A DNA stretch of 64,000 nt from Heterodontus francisci (taxonomy: Eukaryota). The stretch is taken from positions 13,453,558-13,517,557 of the forward strand of contig NC_090399.1 in the NCBI RefSeq assembly GCF_036365525.1, given 5' to 3'. The position numbers were made by a program, and so were the translations under genes. Below, piece by piece: positions 62,490 to 64,000 of this stretch; position 1 is the first letter of the stretch, and every line of letters starts with the position of its first letter. The notes beneath the pieces are model-generated. The model was not told where the DNA came from. It ran no database searches and saw only the letters and a program-made list of their open reading frames with translations.

Positions 62490-62770
62490 AACTCATCTCG
62501 TCAAAGCCTGTCCACCATCTACAAGGCACGAGTCAGGAGTGTGATGGAATACCCTCCATAGTCTGGATGGGTGCAGTTCCAACAACACTCAAGAAGCTCG
62601 ACACCATCCAGGAGAAAGCAGCCCATATGATCGGTACCCCCTCCACCACCTTCAACTTTCACTCTCTCCAGTGTGTATCACCCACAAGATGCACTGCAGC
62701 AACTCGTCAAGATTTCGATGGGCATTAGGGATGGGCAATAAATACTGACCGTCAGTGATACCCAGATCTT
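62490..62770 (+). mobile_element. LINE 3' fragment (family of 35980-39190)
   Basis: ctgtccaccatctacaaggcacgagtcaggagtgtgatggaatac..., the reverse complement of ~36410-36545. Confidence 0.7.
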
Positions 62771-63298
62771 GAGAACTTTATTTCAAAGGCCAAAGTAGCT
62801 GCGGTTCAATATTTGTGTGGTATGTAATGACGGCTTTTAGTAAATAGCTATTACTACAATGGCATTTCTGAGAGCGAGGATAGAAAATGACCTGGATTTT
62901 ACTCTTCGGCAATCTCCTTCGCCGTTTCTGGGACCAGTCTAACTTGATTATGTAGGGGAGCTCCGGGATCTTTGTGGCTCGAATGAATTCACTTTGCATT
63001 AGCTTACGGCCTGAAGGCATGTCACATGAGGGAATGAGATTTAATAATTAAACGAAATATAACTTTGCTGCGGGATTTTGATCCCGTGGCAGCGGCTCCT
63101 GACAACTAAAAAATTAAGTGGTATCTTACCGTGATTTGTGCAGACTGAACATGGGGTACATTAAGGATTAGTCAATTGGAATTGATGATTTGGTATCCTT
63201 CATTAGCATAAAACTGAGTACATCAGGGCGGAGCTGGGGGTGTCATTTTTTTTTTAATGAACTCGTCAACGTTCAAGGGGAATTTGAAGAGTTTTGCA

Positions 63299-63706
63299 AT
63301 GCCGACCGCTGCTGTTTCCACCAGTGCCACGACCGCCGGCGCCAAAGGCGCCGTTTCCAAGAAAGGGTCCAAGAAAACGGCGATGAAAATGTCCAGGAAG
63401 GGCGACAAGAAGCACCGGAGGAGCCGGAAGGAGAGCTACAGCATCTACATCTACAAGGTGCTGAAGCAGGTCCACCCCGACACGGGCATCTCCTCCAAGG
63501 CCATGAGTGTCATCAACTCCTTCGTCAACGACATCTTCGAGCGCATATCCTGCGAGGCTTCCCGCCTGGTCCATTACACCAGGCGCCAGACCATCTCCTC
63601 CAGGGAGATCCAGAGCGCCGTCCGCCTCCTGCTGCCGGGGGAACTGGCCAAGCACGCCGTCTCCGAGGGCACAAAGGCGGTCACCAAATACACCAGCTCC
63701 AAGTAG
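63299..63706 (+). CDS. H2B: Histone H2B, variant with extended N-tail (135 aa)
   Basis: [26 protein letters not shown]...[27 protein letters not shown]...AVTKYTSSK; octamer-like ATTAGCAT at ~63202. Confidence 0.95.
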   Translation: MPTAAVSTSATTAGAKGAVSKKGSKKTAMKMSRKGDKKHRRSRKESYSIYIYKVLKQVHPDTGISSKAMSVINSFVNDIFERISCEASRLVHYTRRQTISSREIQSAVRLLLPGELAKHAVSEGTKAVTKYTSSK

Positions 63707-63755
63707 AGCCCCAGAAAGAAACTTGCAATTACTTGACAGTAGAAAACCGTCCAAC

Positions 63756-63771
63756 GGCTCTTTTAAGAGCC
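63756..63771 (+). terminator. Histone 3' stem-loop of H2B variant 2
   Basis: CCAAC-GGCTCTTTTAAGAGCC-AC. Confidence 0.93.
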
Positions 63772-64000
63772 ACTTAACAAGGTCTGAACGTGGGGCTATT
63801 AATCGTGTCTAACTTAGCAAAATACGACAATGTCAGATTCCTGAGTTAACTCAATAGTTAAGCATGAATCCACCATCTACCTGCAGCCGATAACTAGCTG
63901 GGGACTTTTGCCCATAGATGTAGATGATCCACTGTATCGCTTCTTGCAAGACAGTTTTTCGTTTCCTGGGTTTAATACTCTGCTGAGAGTGCTCTCCCTG

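Overview
Vertebrate genomic DNA, almost certainly from a cartilaginous fish (shark-type): it carries an HE1/V-SINE, SacSINE-like Deu-SINEs, and abundant CR1, Penelope, RTE and Tx1 relics. Most of the window is nested retroelements and tandem repeats. Host genes: (1) the first coding exon of a SAPCD2-like gene (minus strand, 9530-9941). It lies between a ~2.4-kb 76-bp array that has amplified the exon's own splice donor about 31 times and an ~8-kb 45-bp G-quadruplex-motif satellite. (2) A two-exon gene missed by the ORF track (27007-26953 + 26441-26053, minus) encoding a 147-aa protein with a signal peptide, acidic Ser-Gly repeats and a C-terminal membrane anchor, i.e. a candidate small proteoglycan. 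(3) A dispersed group of four intronless histone genes with 3' stem-loops (52-64 kb), all non-canonical: a four-cysteine H2B, a second H2B variant sharing diagnostic residues with it, an H4 with five substitutions, and an arginine-rich H1 with an AT-hook-like motif. The variant histone set, the proteoglycan-like orphan and the splice-donor array are the most interesting signals. Repeat boundaries, copy numbers and residue counts are manual estimates.
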